The notes: generated by a model from the letters alone, not told the origin. Positions 27,568 through 37,522 are shown, counted from the stretch's first letter. The stretch is DNA of 64,000 bases from an uncultured Bacilli bacterium (GCA_934086145.1 CAKOHV010000004.1:2354-66353), one strand, 5' to 3'. Program-made: numbers and translations.

Positions 27568-29074
27568 TTAATTTGTACTTACATTAACTGTTAATTTAGA
27601 TAAATTTAACTTCGTAAACAATGCTTTATCTTGATTAGTTCTTACTGTTAAATTCATTACTTGACCATTATTATTAACAAAATATTTTAAATTAGCTTTA
27701 TTATTAAAACTGGACTTACTCATTTTAACAGTATTTATTTTTACTACCAGCAAACATCGCTTCAGCAGTTGTAACACTTTTAACATCAAAATTTGGAAGT
27801 TAATAATTAGTTAAATTGCTAGTTCCAAAGAACATTCCCTCCATATACTGAACTGCTTGAGTATTAAAATTAGAAATATCGAGAGATACTAAGCTAGTAC
27901 AATTTGCAAACATTCCTTTCATATTAGTAACTCGTGCTGTATTAAAATTTCTTAAATCTAAGGACTTAAGGCTAGTAGATGGTGAATATCCGCTACTTCC
28001 AAACATATAACTCATATTAGTCACATAAATTGTATCCAAAAATGTTAAGTTATTAATTTCTTCAACTTCCGATAAACCATCTAAAAAGTAAGAACTATCT
28101 GGATTAGCATATAAATGTCCATTACCTTCAATGTATAAATCATAATAACCATTATAAGTTGAACTATTTTTTATATATGCTTGTACCGCTCCTTCATTTA
28201 TTCCATAATCCCATTTAGCAACAGCTCCTTCGGCATCAGTTAAATGATCTACCAATGTTATTGTTTTGATTTTTTCTGCATAGTTTGCATTTTTATAAGC
28301 ATAGTTATCATTAGCAAAAGTTCTTCTAATAACTGGTGCATCTAAACCATCTATTATATCGTTACGAATGTCATAGCCATACGGAACACGTAACGTCGTA
28401 TAGTAATAATTATTCGTTGTTTCTTGCATTGTCTCTTTATTAGACGTCGACTTATTATAATCAAAATACTGATACGTCTTTGTTTTAGCTTTTTTTAATT
28501 CCATAACTATGCGATACCCTGATGCTTTAACGGCTTCAGATGTTGAAACTCCCGTATAACCATCTAAGGTATATAAATAATTAACGGCACTAATTGATAA
28601 ATTTTGTAAGGCTTTATTTCTTTGACAATACAATGTCTTATCAGCTAAAGAACCACTTTGTTCATCGCAAGCTATTACTTCATTAACATCATAATGCATG
28701 AAAAAGACATGATTAATATCCATACTACCTTTTAAACTTTCACAAAATCCAGTCGAACTTGCTCAACCTGACGCTTCTGTGACACTTAAAGCATTACATC
28801 CAAATTCCACAATTGACAAAAATCGGTTGTCAGTACCAGATGTATTAGCAAATTTTGTATCAATAAACTCAGTTAAATTATTCCTTTCTAGGAAAGATAA
28901 ATAATAATATGTTCAATATAAATAAATAGGGTCATCATAAAATATTCTCGTCTTGGCATTATCCAAAACCGTTGTAAAAGCTGAATATACCATTAAAAGA
29001 GTCGTTGCTAAAAACGCTATAACAACCATTGTCTAAACCAAGATAAACCCCTTTGCCTTACTACACTTCATCAT
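27568..29074 (-). pseudogene. Decayed gene: prepilin-type N-terminal signal + BspA/DUF285-type leucine-rich repeat surface protein
   Basis: Own translation from ATG 29074 (RBS AGGAG): MMKCSKAKGFILV*TMVVIAFLATTLLMVYS.... There is an in-frame TAG at 29033-29035, TGA at 28913-28915, TGA at 28763-28765, and TAA at 27800-27802 inside a repeat. A frameshift in an A-run near 27735-27745 joins it to the 73-aa ORF. The repeats (VTNMSYMF, VTNMKGMFANCTSL, VQYMEGMF, AEAMFAGS) are DUF285-like. Confidence 0.65.
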
Positions 29075-29155
29075 ACATAACTCCTACACTACTTTAAGAA
29101 AAGTTTATCATAAAGAAAGCAATTGAAAGCCAACAATTGCTATTTATCTTTACTA

Positions 29156-29363
29156 CATGAATTTTAACTTGAATTTCCGCTTTTGGGTTAAAAACAAAAA
29201 TAAGTCTTAAAAACAAAAATCCCCTATAATTTTAAAGAGATATATTTTATCCTTTTTATCCCAAAATATAGACTTATTTCCGTTTCATATTTTCTTTTTC
29301 GAAAATAAGTCTTGTAATTTTAAATATTTTAATAAAAAGTGAAATTTACGCTAAAAATTCACC
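29156..29363 (-). mobile_element. MITE-like TIR-bounded repeat, long copy (A, 208 nt, with 105-nt internal insertion)
   Basis: The reverse complement aligns by eye to 48836-48937, at about 87% over the left 62 nt and about 90% over the right 39 nt. The ends GGTGAATTTT...AAAATTCATG are degenerate versions of the TIR of copy B. Confidence 0.6.
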
Positions 29364-29372
29364 CTGTATTTC

Positions 29373-30980
29373 TTATCGTGGATAATATGTAATAGCAAAT
29401 TCAATAATATTAATAAATTCTCTAATAGAAAAAAATCCAATACAAATAATAGCCATAATTGAAACACATGCAAACACATATTTATTCTTAAAAATTTTTT
29501 TCAAAAGCAAATAAAATAATACATAAAAAGCCCAACCAAAATATAGACTATACAATATTAATCCATTTTCAGAAGTACCCCATCCTATTATCATCAATAT
29601 AATAATAGAAAATAATATCCATAATATAGAAACTTTAGAAATAAATTCTTTTCTATTAATTATAAAACTAAATAATAATACAACCAAAATAATAATACCA
29701 ACATAATTAATAGAATTGAAATTAATTAATTGATAAGTTGGATACCAACCATTATCCAACCACACAATATGCCCTGTATTTGGAATAAATAACCCCTTAA
29801 TAAAAGAAGTATATTGACAAACCTTATTAAAAAAAGAAATTTTTTGACCACCAAATTCAGATAATAAAGAAAGAAAATCAGTAATCGATAATAATTGCTG
29901 TAATTGACCACTTAATATAACTACAATCATAAAAGCAATAAAACATCTAAATACATTTCTTAAATACATTTTTAGATTATCATATTTACAAATAAATGGT
30001 AATAAAACACCAGAAGTTAATAAAGAACCTGTCGCTCCAATATATGTATAATTAATCTTAAAATAATTATTGTTAAATAAATATATACATAGCAATAAAT
30101 AAAATACAGCAATAACATATTGCTCAAGCATAAATCCAAAAATAATAAAAGGATATGAAACAAATAGCATCAAATAAAAGATAATTTTTTCTTTACCATC
30201 AATTTTCATCAATTTAGAAAGCATTATAGCAACCAAAGATAAAATAAAAAATTGCATAATGATCATAAATAATTCATATACCACATTATCCGGTATAAAA
30301 AAGAACAAATCATTCATAATATGAGGAATAATCGAAAATGGTAAAGCAAAAACACCGAATAACGGTTGTCTTATGTCATTTTCAAGACAAGCAACATTAA
30401 ACCAAGTATCGTAAAAAGACAAATAACTACTATCAGAAGTATATATAATATCGTAATTCATATGAGAACCACCATAATAAGAAACTCCAAACGCTGTTGT
30501 TTTATAATTGATAAAAAAAGATAGATAGAAAGAAATAACTAAAACTATAAGCATAAAATATTTATCGATCTTATCAATTTTATTATATTCTTTTAATAAT
30601 ATTGGTTTAATCTTATTAACAATATAATTAATAATAAAAAAGATAGAAGGTAAACATAATATAAAAAATAAAACTATTATTAAATTATAATATTTGTCTA
30701 AAAAACTAATACTACTGAATCTATCGCAAAATAAATCAAAAGATATTTTAAAATATTTTAAATATAATTTATCAATATATAAAGTTAAAATACTTGTATA
30801 TATTATTTTTTTTCTAGAAAGTTTATCAAACTTATATTTAAACAATAATATAGATAAAACAATAAAAATTGAAATCATAGTAAAAATAATATTTTTTAAC
30901 GAATAAGGAACTAAAACAATACTAAAAATCATCCAAGAAATAATAATCATTATTTTTAAAAAAATTTCTTTTATTTTCAT
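29373..30980 (-). CDS. Large polytopic membrane protein (possible GT-C-type glycosyltransferase or polymerase)
   Basis: About 535 aa and almost entirely hydrophobic helices. RBS GGAGG before ATG 30980. No soluble domain and no recognisable motif. Confidence 0.5.
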   Translation of the reverse strand: MKIKEIFLKIMIIISWMIFSIVLVPYSLKNIIFTMISIFIVLSILLFKYKFDKLSRKKIIYTSILTLYIDKLYLKYFKISFDLFCDRFSSISFLDKYYNLIIVLFFILCLPSIFFIINYIVNKIKPILLKEYNKIDKIDKYFMLIVLVISFYLSFFINYKTTAFGVSYYGGSHMNYDIIYTSDSSYLSFYDTWFNVACLENDIRQPLFGVFALPFSIIPHIMNDLFFFIPDNVVYELFMIIMQFFILSLVAIMLSKLMKIDGKEKIIFYLMLFVSYPFIIFGFMLEQYVIAVFYLLLCIYLFNNNYFKINYTYIGATGSLLTSGVLLPFICKYDNLKMYLRNVFRCFIAFMIVVILSGQLQQLLSITDFLSLLSEFGGQKISFFNKVCQYTSFIKGLFIPNTGHIVWLDNGWYPTYQLINFNSINYVGIIILVVLLFSFIINRKEFISKVSILWILFSIIILMIIGWGTSENGLILYSLYFGWAFYVLFYLLLKKIFKNKYVFACVSIMAIICIGFFSIREFINIIEFAITYYPR

Positions 30981-31021
30981 AACAAACCTCCGTAAAAAAA
31001 TCATACAATAATAAAAAGTTC

Positions 31022-32101
31022 TTAGCTTTTTATTATATCTAAAATTTTCTTTTTAATATTTTCATTATATAAAATATAATCAAATTTTTTTTTCAATTTA
31101 AAGCCATTATCTAAATAATTTTTCATCATTTCATAAACAGCCTCTGTCGAAAAATCACAGAACAAACCATTTTGGCCATCCAAATCTTCCCAATCGCTAA
31201 CTTTCGTAGATAAAATTACTTTATTCATAATCATCGCTTCCAAGAACACAACAGGAAATCCTTCGTAATCACTTGCTAGTAACACCGCATCACTTATCTT
31301 ATAGTAAGGATAAGGATTACTTTTACGACCTAAAAATAAAATATCATCACTTAAATTAGCATCTTTTACTTGTTCTTTATACATTTCTGTATCCGGTCCA
31401 TCGCCAATAAACAATATTTTAAACTTATATTTTTCTTTTTTTAATCTAGCACTAGCTTCTATAATTCGTGATAATTTCTTCTGGTGTTCATCATGTCTTC
31501 CAACATTAACAAATAAAGGTACACCATCTTGTTTAACATAATCAACTTTTTCCTGGGCTTTTGTTAAAATGTTTTCACCATCTATATAGTTATTGCATAC
31601 CATGGCTTTATCTTCTATTCCTTCATAATGGGCACAAACATCTCTTTTATTTTCCTGAGATACAAAAACAATATTTTTAAACTTTTTAGCCATAACACCA
31701 TCTAAGAAGTTAACCATTTTTTCTTTATACAAAATATAGTAATTGCCATGCATCCACAATGCATTATTACTAGAAGCTGCTAAAGCAAGATGAGCTCCTG
31801 GTATCGAATAAGTGCAAAAAGAGCAACTAAAATCATACTTATTTTTTAATTGTGACTGCCATTTTAATAACTTCAATCTATTATATATTTTTCTTAAAAT
31901 AACTATTTTATTATCACTAATCTTATATTCTAATACTTTTACTTCCTTAGGTATTTGTTCTAAAAATATTCCTTCTTTTTTTTCTAAAATTAACGTTACA
32001 TCATACTTTTTATAATCTAATCTATTTAATAAATTCACTAAAGCCTTTTCAATTCCTCCCAGCCCTAAACTATATGCTGTAAATAATAATTTTTTAGCCA
32101 T
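31022..32101 (-). CDS. Family 4 (GT-B) glycosyltransferase
   Basis: GLGGIEKALVNL N-terminus, then GDGPD...SDYEGFPVVFLEAMIMNKVILS (E-x7-E). Confidence 0.85.
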   Translation of the reverse strand: MAKKLLFTAYSLGLGGIEKALVNLLNRLDYKKYDVTLILEKKEGIFLEQIPKEVKVLEYKISDNKIVILRKIYNRLKLLKWQSQLKNKYDFSCSFCTYSIPGAHLALAASSNNALWMHGNYYILYKEKMVNFLDGVMAKKFKNIVFVSQENKRDVCAHYEGIEDKAMVCNNYIDGENILTKAQEKVDYVKQDGVPLFVNVGRHDEHQKKLSRIIEASARLKKEKYKFKILFIGDGPDTEMYKEQVKDANLSDDILFLGRKSNPYPYYKISDAVLLASDYEGFPVVFLEAMIMNKVILSTKVSDWEDLDGQNGLFCDFSTEAVYEMMKNYLDNGFKLKKKFDYILYNENIKKKILDIIKS

Positions 32102-32108
32102 AAAACAC

Positions 32109-33185
32109 CTATTTATTTATAATTTCTTTCATCAATTCTTGTTCATCTTTAACATCAGTTTCTAATACTTTTCCGTATTCACTATGTTCTAAGATTGTTT
32201 TAGCTAATAACTTAGAACAATCAACATCATGATACCATTCTAATTTTTTTATTTCATCCGGAACATAAGTTAAGTTAGTTGAATACATTCGATCAAATAA
32301 TCCTTCATCATATGCTTTTTGTAATTTATCAATTCCTGCTGAGAATAAAGCAAATGTTGCTATTAAAAATATTTTTTTAGCTCCTCTACTTTTTAATTCT
32401 TTAGCAACATCTAACATCGAGCCACCAGAAGCAACCATATCATCTATTACTAAAACTGTATAATCTTTAGGGTCTTTCCCTAAATAAACATGTTCTACTA
32501 CCGGATTCTTGCCATTAACTAATTTCGTTAAATCCCTTCTTTTATAGAAAAGTCCTACATCACAACGTAAAATTTCCGCATAATAACGAGCTCTTTCCAT
32601 AGCTCCCATATCAGGACTGATAGTTAACATTTTTTCTTTGTCTATCTCTTCATTTTTAAATATTTCTTTAATTATAGTTTCTGTAGCAAAAACATTTTCA
32701 AAGGGTAAATTAGGAATAGCATTCGAAACATTAGGATCATGACAATCAAAAGTTATAATATTATTAACTCCTAATTTTTCTAGTTCTTGCAAAGCTAAAG
32801 CACAATCCAATGATTCTCTTTCTTTTCTCCTATGTTGCCTTGATTCATAAAGTAACGGCATAATAACATTAACCTTTTGAAATTTTCCATTGGCAGCGCA
32901 AATAACCCGCTTAATATCTTGATAATGCTCATCAGGAGCCATATGGTGGATTGTTCCATGAAAATCATAAGTTATACTATAATTTCCAACATCAGACAAA
33001 ATATATAAATCTTTATCTCTAATTGATTCTTCTATATATAACTTACCTTCTCCATTATTAAAACGACTTGCTTTAACATTAACTAAAGAACTACCTTTTT
33101 TCTTAGTCATCTCATTTATATAAGTATCTACTTTTTCTCCTAAATCTTTACAATTTTCAAATGCAATTATTTTTAAATCACTCAT
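32109..33185 (-). CDS. prs: Ribose-phosphate diphosphokinase (PRPP synthetase), long paralog embedded in the glycan locus
   Basis: 358 aa with RBS GGGAGGAA. PRPP-binding loop VLVIDDMVASGGSM, PLLYESRQHRR flexible-loop region and ISPDMGAMERA. Confidence 0.8.
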   Translation of the reverse strand: MSDLKIIAFENCKDLGEKVDTYINEMTKKKGSSLVNVKASRFNNGEGKLYIEESIRDKDLYILSDVGNYSITYDFHGTIHHMAPDEHYQDIKRVICAANGKFQKVNVIMPLLYESRQHRRKERESLDCALALQELEKLGVNNIITFDCHDPNVSNAIPNLPFENVFATETIIKEIFKNEEIDKEKMLTISPDMGAMERARYYAEILRCDVGLFYKRRDLTKLVNGKNPVVEHVYLGKDPKDYTVLVIDDMVASGGSMLDVAKELKSRGAKKIFLIATFALFSAGIDKLQKAYDEGLFDRMYSTNLTYVPDEIKKLEWYHDVDCSKLLAKTILEHSEYGKVLETDVKDEQELMKEIINK

Positions 33186-33197
33186 AACAATTCCTCC

Positions 33198-34079
33198 CTA
33201 AAACCTGCTTGCTTTTATATACCCTGGTATAACCAATAAAGCAATTATAAAATTATATCTCTTAGCCCTTTTAATACATTCCCTCTTACTTAAACCACAT
33301 AAGTAACTAAACAATATATAATGTTTAATAAAATATAACTTTCTCTTAAACAAAGTATCTTTCTTTATATAAGTTAAACATTCATTAAAATATTCATAAT
33401 ATCCGTAAGGATATTTTTTAAATATTTTATTAATATTCTTTGAATATCCTTCTTCAACATATTCTCCATAAACTAAGTATTTATCTTTAAAAACCATTCC
33501 TTTATAAAATTGATCTAATTTATAATATAATCTAGCTTCCGTAACAAATTTTTCATTTTTACATACTTCGTAATAATATTTTTTTCTGACTTCGGTTTTA
33601 AAGACTATTGCCATATCAAAGTCATAACCATATTTATTATGTATATCAAATAAAGTAACAACTTTATTATTTAGTTCTTTTTTGGTATCTGTATTTTTTT
33701 TACCTAATTTTCTTTTATAAATTATTCCATAAATTTCATCATTATCTAAAGCTATAAAGTCTTCAGCAATTGTTTTTAAGGCATTATCAAGTAGATAATC
33801 ATCTGAATCAACTTCGATAATAGCATCTCCTGTTACGTATTGCATAGCATCATTTATTTCTTTTTGTTTGCCTTCATTTTCTTGGTAATGATAATCTATT
33901 TTAAAATTAACTTCTTTAATCCATTTTTTTACTTCTTTTTTAGTATTATCACTTGAGCCATCATCCATTATTATCCATTCAAAATCTTGAAATGTTTCGT
34001 AGTTTTTCTTTAAACTTTCAAACAACTTGGGTAATAATTTTTCTCTATTATATGTAGCCGTCAAAACTGATATTTTCAT
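33198..34079 (-). CDS. Family 2 glycosyltransferase
   Basis: ISVLTATYNREKLL...MDDGSSDNT...VDSDD. Confidence 0.8.
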   Translation of the reverse strand: MKISVLTATYNREKLLPKLFESLKKNYETFQDFEWIIMDDGSSDNTKKEVKKWIKEVNFKIDYHYQENEGKQKEINDAMQYVTGDAIIEVDSDDYLLDNALKTIAEDFIALDNDEIYGIIYKRKLGKKNTDTKKELNNKVVTLFDIHNKYGYDFDMAIVFKTEVRKKYYYEVCKNEKFVTEARLYYKLDQFYKGMVFKDKYLVYGEYVEEGYSKNINKIFKKYPYGYYEYFNECLTYIKKDTLFKRKLYFIKHYILFSYLCGLSKRECIKRAKRYNFIIALLVIPGYIKASRF

Positions 34080-34080
34080 C

Positions 34081-35184
34081 TTAGTCCCCCTCTATTACAT
34101 GTCCTATTTCTTCTAAGATTTTTTTATTAGTATCTTTGCTACTTTTTTTAGTCTTAGGTTGTTTTTCGATAATTGATTTTATTCCTTTATAGATGCCATT
34201 TTCATCATTTTTTAAGATTAATTTACTATCATAATCCATTAAAGTTTCACGAGCCGCACTATCTGTAATAATAATATATTTATTTAAAGCTCGTCCTTCA
34301 AGTAAAACCATCGGATATCCTTCATAATATGAAGCAAGTAAAAAATAATCAGCGGCTTTAATATAAGGGTATGGATTTTCTCTAGATCCTAATAAGATAA
34401 AGGTTTCCGTAATTCCTAATTCATCAATTTTATTTTGTAATTCTTCCTTTAATGGTCCATCTCCAACAATATAAATTCGATGTTTAAAGCCATCATCAAT
34501 TAACTTTTTATGAACATCAATCAATCGTCCTACTGCTTTTTGTTCTACTAAACGCGAAACTTGTACAAACGAAATCATATCATTCTTTATCTCTGAAGCG
34601 TCACCATCTAAAGCTTTTTGCAAAACCAATTCACAATCCAAATAATTATAAACAACTCTTTTCATAACTTTATTTCCTTTAAAATATCTTTGAAATTTAT
34701 TTAAATTATCTTGGGAAACAAAAATAAGTTCATCATATTTTAAGTAAGTTTCTTTATTAAGTTCTTGTTTTGCTTTAGCTCTCTTTCCGCTACCAAAGAC
34801 ATCCTCAATATCATTATGAACCCACGCCACTTTACGTGCATCTCCTGGGCAACTAAAAATCCATGTTATTGGTCCTTCTAAGAAAGCTATTTCAACATCA
34901 TATTTCCCCCTAATATATTTTTTATAAAGCATATTTCGTAAATTTGAATTAAAAAGTTGAAGAGATATTTTTAATCTAGTAACTTTATTTATTTCTTCAT
35001 ATTTTTGTTCATAAACTGAAACTAGTTTTACTCTTTTATCTAATTGTTTTTCAAATTCTCCATTACCATACAAAGTAAAAATAGTTATATCATATTTTTC
35101 TACTAATTTATTAGATAAATCTACTAATACTCGCTCTGCTCCTCCTAAATTTAAACCTGTAATACCAAAGACTATTTTTTTCAT
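34081..35184 (-). CDS. Family 4 (GT-B) glycosyltransferase
   Basis: GLNLGGAERVLVDL, then GDGP...SYYEGYPMVLLEGRALNKYII. The start overlaps the upstream stop (ATGA). Confidence 0.85.
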   Translation of the reverse strand: MKKIVFGITGLNLGGAERVLVDLSNKLVEKYDITIFTLYGNGEFEKQLDKRVKLVSVYEQKYEEINKVTRLKISLQLFNSNLRNMLYKKYIRGKYDVEIAFLEGPITWIFSCPGDARKVAWVHNDIEDVFGSGKRAKAKQELNKETYLKYDELIFVSQDNLNKFQRYFKGNKVMKRVVYNYLDCELVLQKALDGDASEIKNDMISFVQVSRLVEQKAVGRLIDVHKKLIDDGFKHRIYIVGDGPLKEELQNKIDELGITETFILLGSRENPYPYIKAADYFLLASYYEGYPMVLLEGRALNKYIIITDSAARETLMDYDSKLILKNDENGIYKGIKSIIEKQPKTKKSSKDTNKKILEEIGHVIEGD

Positions 35185-36575
35185 AAGTTTTCACCTCTTC
35201 CATCTTTACTTAAACTACTTATTATAATAGCTAATACCAACATACATGTACTTGAAAAGAAAACATAACCCGCAACCAGTGACAAACCAAAAGCTAAGAT
35301 AATCCCTGCTAAGTTCATTGCTAAGCATATATTAAATTCTTTAAAATGCCATGTTCGCAAATTCTTGATTATTAAATATATAAAAGGTCCAATATACAAA
35401 ATAAAACCAATTAAACCAAAGTTAAATAAGATTGACAGTAATTCCATTTCCATTATCATTTCTCCATAATGAACACTTCGTCCATTACCAAACAAGATAT
35501 AAAGGAAATTTTTTTGTTGTTTAATCAATGAAACATGATATATAAGTTGTTGATAACGATTATCATTTGCTTTTATTTTTTTTCGATTTGCATAATTATA
35601 TAAATCAAGATAAGCTTTTTTCATTTCTTCACTCATATAATCTTTTTTTAGTTCTAAATTTTTTATTTGCCAAACAATAACTGCTGTATCACCGGTTGTA
35701 AACCCCGGCTTATTCGTATTAACATCTATAATAGAAGCTTCTTCAGCAATATGTTTTCTTCTTTTTAAGGTTTCAGACCCCCCAACGCTTACCAATAGCA
35801 AAACTAATAAAACAAGACTAATTCCTAAAATAATTTTCTTAGGATTAACTTTTTTATCTTTAATAATCTTCAATATGAAAGAAAAACTACCATATAATAG
35901 TATTAACAATATAAAACCTAACATGCCAGTTCTTGTTCCTACTAAATAGACTAAATAAATTCCTAAAACAAGCCAACTTAAATACATTGCTCTTTTATCT
36001 TTCCTACTTATCTCATCAATACTTCCCATTAAATTACATAATAATAATAACAAAATCGTACTAATCGAATTACCCGAAAGAAAATAACTACGATACCCCA
36101 TCCCCTCGATATAAGTTGTAAAAGAAGTCTTTGTCAATATTGAAAAATATATTACTATTAAGTATTCAATTAACATTAAGAACATATACTTATTTATTTT
36201 AGTTAAATATCCTTTCTTTCTAAAATAATAAATAATAAATAATAAATAAATATTATAACTATAGTTAATTACGTATGATAATTCTTCTCCCAATGTTCCA
36301 TAACTTATTCCATAAAACAAAGATTTACTAATTATCAAGTGAACAATCCCATAACCAAGTAAAACTAATGATCCTAAAACCAGACCTTTTCGGTACTTTT
36401 TTTCTTTAATAAAAATATATAACAATAAAATAACCGGAATAATAGGTCGTAATATCATTGTTAAAGAAATATTTAGTTGAGGAACACATGTTTTAAGTAA
36501 ATAACTTCCAGCATCTAAAAGCGGACTCAGTAAGATAAATATATATATTAAATACTCTATCTTAAACTTTTTCAT
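35181..36575 (-). CDS. O-antigen ligase/polymerase-like (Wzy_C family) membrane protein
   Basis: 464 aa, at least 10 TM segments, with a large loop containing ...GNGRSVHYGEMIMEMELLSILFNFGLIGF..., resembling the Wzy_C motif. Confidence 0.6.
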   Translation of the reverse strand: MKKFKIEYLIYIFILLSPLLDAGSYLLKTCVPQLNISLTMILRPIIPVILLLYIFIKEKKYRKGLVLGSLVLLGYGIVHLIISKSLFYGISYGTLGEELSYVINYSYNIYLLFIIYYFRKKGYLTKINKYMFLMLIEYLIVIYFSILTKTSFTTYIEGMGYRSYFLSGNSISTILLLLLCNLMGSIDEISRKDKRAMYLSWLVLGIYLVYLVGTRTGMLGFILLILLYGSFSFILKIIKDKKVNPKKIILGISLVLLVLLLVSVGGSETLKRRKHIAEEASIIDVNTNKPGFTTGDTAVIVWQIKNLELKKDYMSEEMKKAYLDLYNYANRKKIKANDNRYQQLIYHVSLIKQQKNFLYILFGNGRSVHYGEMIMEMELLSILFNFGLIGFILYIGPFIYLIIKNLRTWHFKEFNICLAMNLAGIILAFGLSLVAGYVFFSSTCMLVLAIIISSLSKDGRGENL

Positions 36576-36580
36576 TTACA

Positions 36581-37522
36581 TTACCCCCTCGAATAAAATA
36601 TTTTAATATATAGTTTAGGAGATAATTTAAATAAAATTTTTTTAATTTTTCTAACAAAAGTATCTGTTAACATATACTTAGTTATATCTCTATTTCGTAA
36701 TTTTTCTAAATAATCATCTAGTATTTTGCCTTGCATTATCCGACATCTATTTATCATTCCATTAGAAACATAACTTTTAAATAACTTTCTAGTTTCAGCC
36801 CTTACCTTAATTTCATCAATCATTTTTAATAAATTATCATATTGGACAAGTGAATCATTATTCTTAGCAATAATTCTTTCTTCACTATTATTAGTCATAA
36901 TACTATTTTCTCTAACATAATAATTATATCCATTATATTCAATTGAAGTCACACTATCAGCATTTACGACTACAATTGGTGTTAAACCAAAATCTTCATG
37001 AACTCTTCCTGGTATATAGGTATATTGACACTTACGCCAATAAGCCAAACTATAGGCATACGTAACCGGGCTAACAAATAAATCATTTTTTAATAAAATT
37101 TTAAAAGCTTCTTCCCCATCTAAATTCTCAAAAACATCAGGTTCATTATAAGTAATTTCGGTTCCATCAATCATTTGAATCTGATACTTTACTAAATCAA
37201 CTTTCCCTTTATCTAAAACTTTTTTTACTTTTTCTAATAACTGTTCATTTATCGTATCATCGCTATCAACAAAGATAAAATAGTCACCTGTACACTTACT
37301 AATTCCAAAATTTCTTGCTACCGCAACACCTTTATTCGGACAATCAAAAAGTCTTATTCTTTTATCATCAAAGCTTTTAATAACCCCTAATGAACCATCT
37401 GTACTTCCATCATTAACAATAATTAATTCAAAATTATCATAGGTTTGCTTTAAGATACTTTCTATACATTTTTTCAAATATTTTTCAACATTATAAACAG
37501 GAACAATTACACTGAATTTCAT
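36581..37522 (-). CDS. Family 2 glycosyltransferase
   Basis: FSVIVPVYNVEKYL...VNDGSTDGS...VDSDD. Confidence 0.85.
   Translation of the reverse strand: MKFSVIVPVYNVEKYLKKCIESILKQTYDNFELIIVNDGSTDGSLGVIKSFDDKRIRLFDCPNKGVAVARNFGISKCTGDYFIFVDSDDTINEQLLEKVKKVLDKGKVDLVKYQIQMIDGTEITYNEPDVFENLDGEEAFKILLKNDLFVSPVTYAYSLAYWRKCQYTYIPGRVHEDFGLTPIVVVNADSVTSIEYNGYNYYVRENSIMTNNSEERIIAKNNDSLVQYDNLLKMIDEIKVRAETRKLFKSYVSNGMINRCRIMQGKILDDYLEKLRNRDITKYMLTDTFVRKIKKILFKLSPKLYIKIFYSRG

Noticed and set aside
27568-27789. The 73-aa ORF from the track as an independent small gene.
   Set aside because: Its C-terminal two-thirds continue the DUF285 repeat protein after an A-run frameshift (…AEAMFAGSK / INTVKMSKSSF…). 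It has no RBS of its own, so it is treated as part of the pseudogene.
28763-28915. The two in-frame TGA codons in the DUF285/pilin-like gene might be read as Trp (Mollicutes-type genetic code 4), or the gene might come from a code-4 donor.
   Set aside because: Neighbouring long ORFs are uninterrupted under the standard code, use TGG for Trp and terminate with TGA, for example recG at 5165-5167 and the acyltransferase at 26425-27. The same gene also carries in-frame TAG and TAA codons and a frameshift, which code 4 would not rescue. Pseudogenisation is the simpler explanation.
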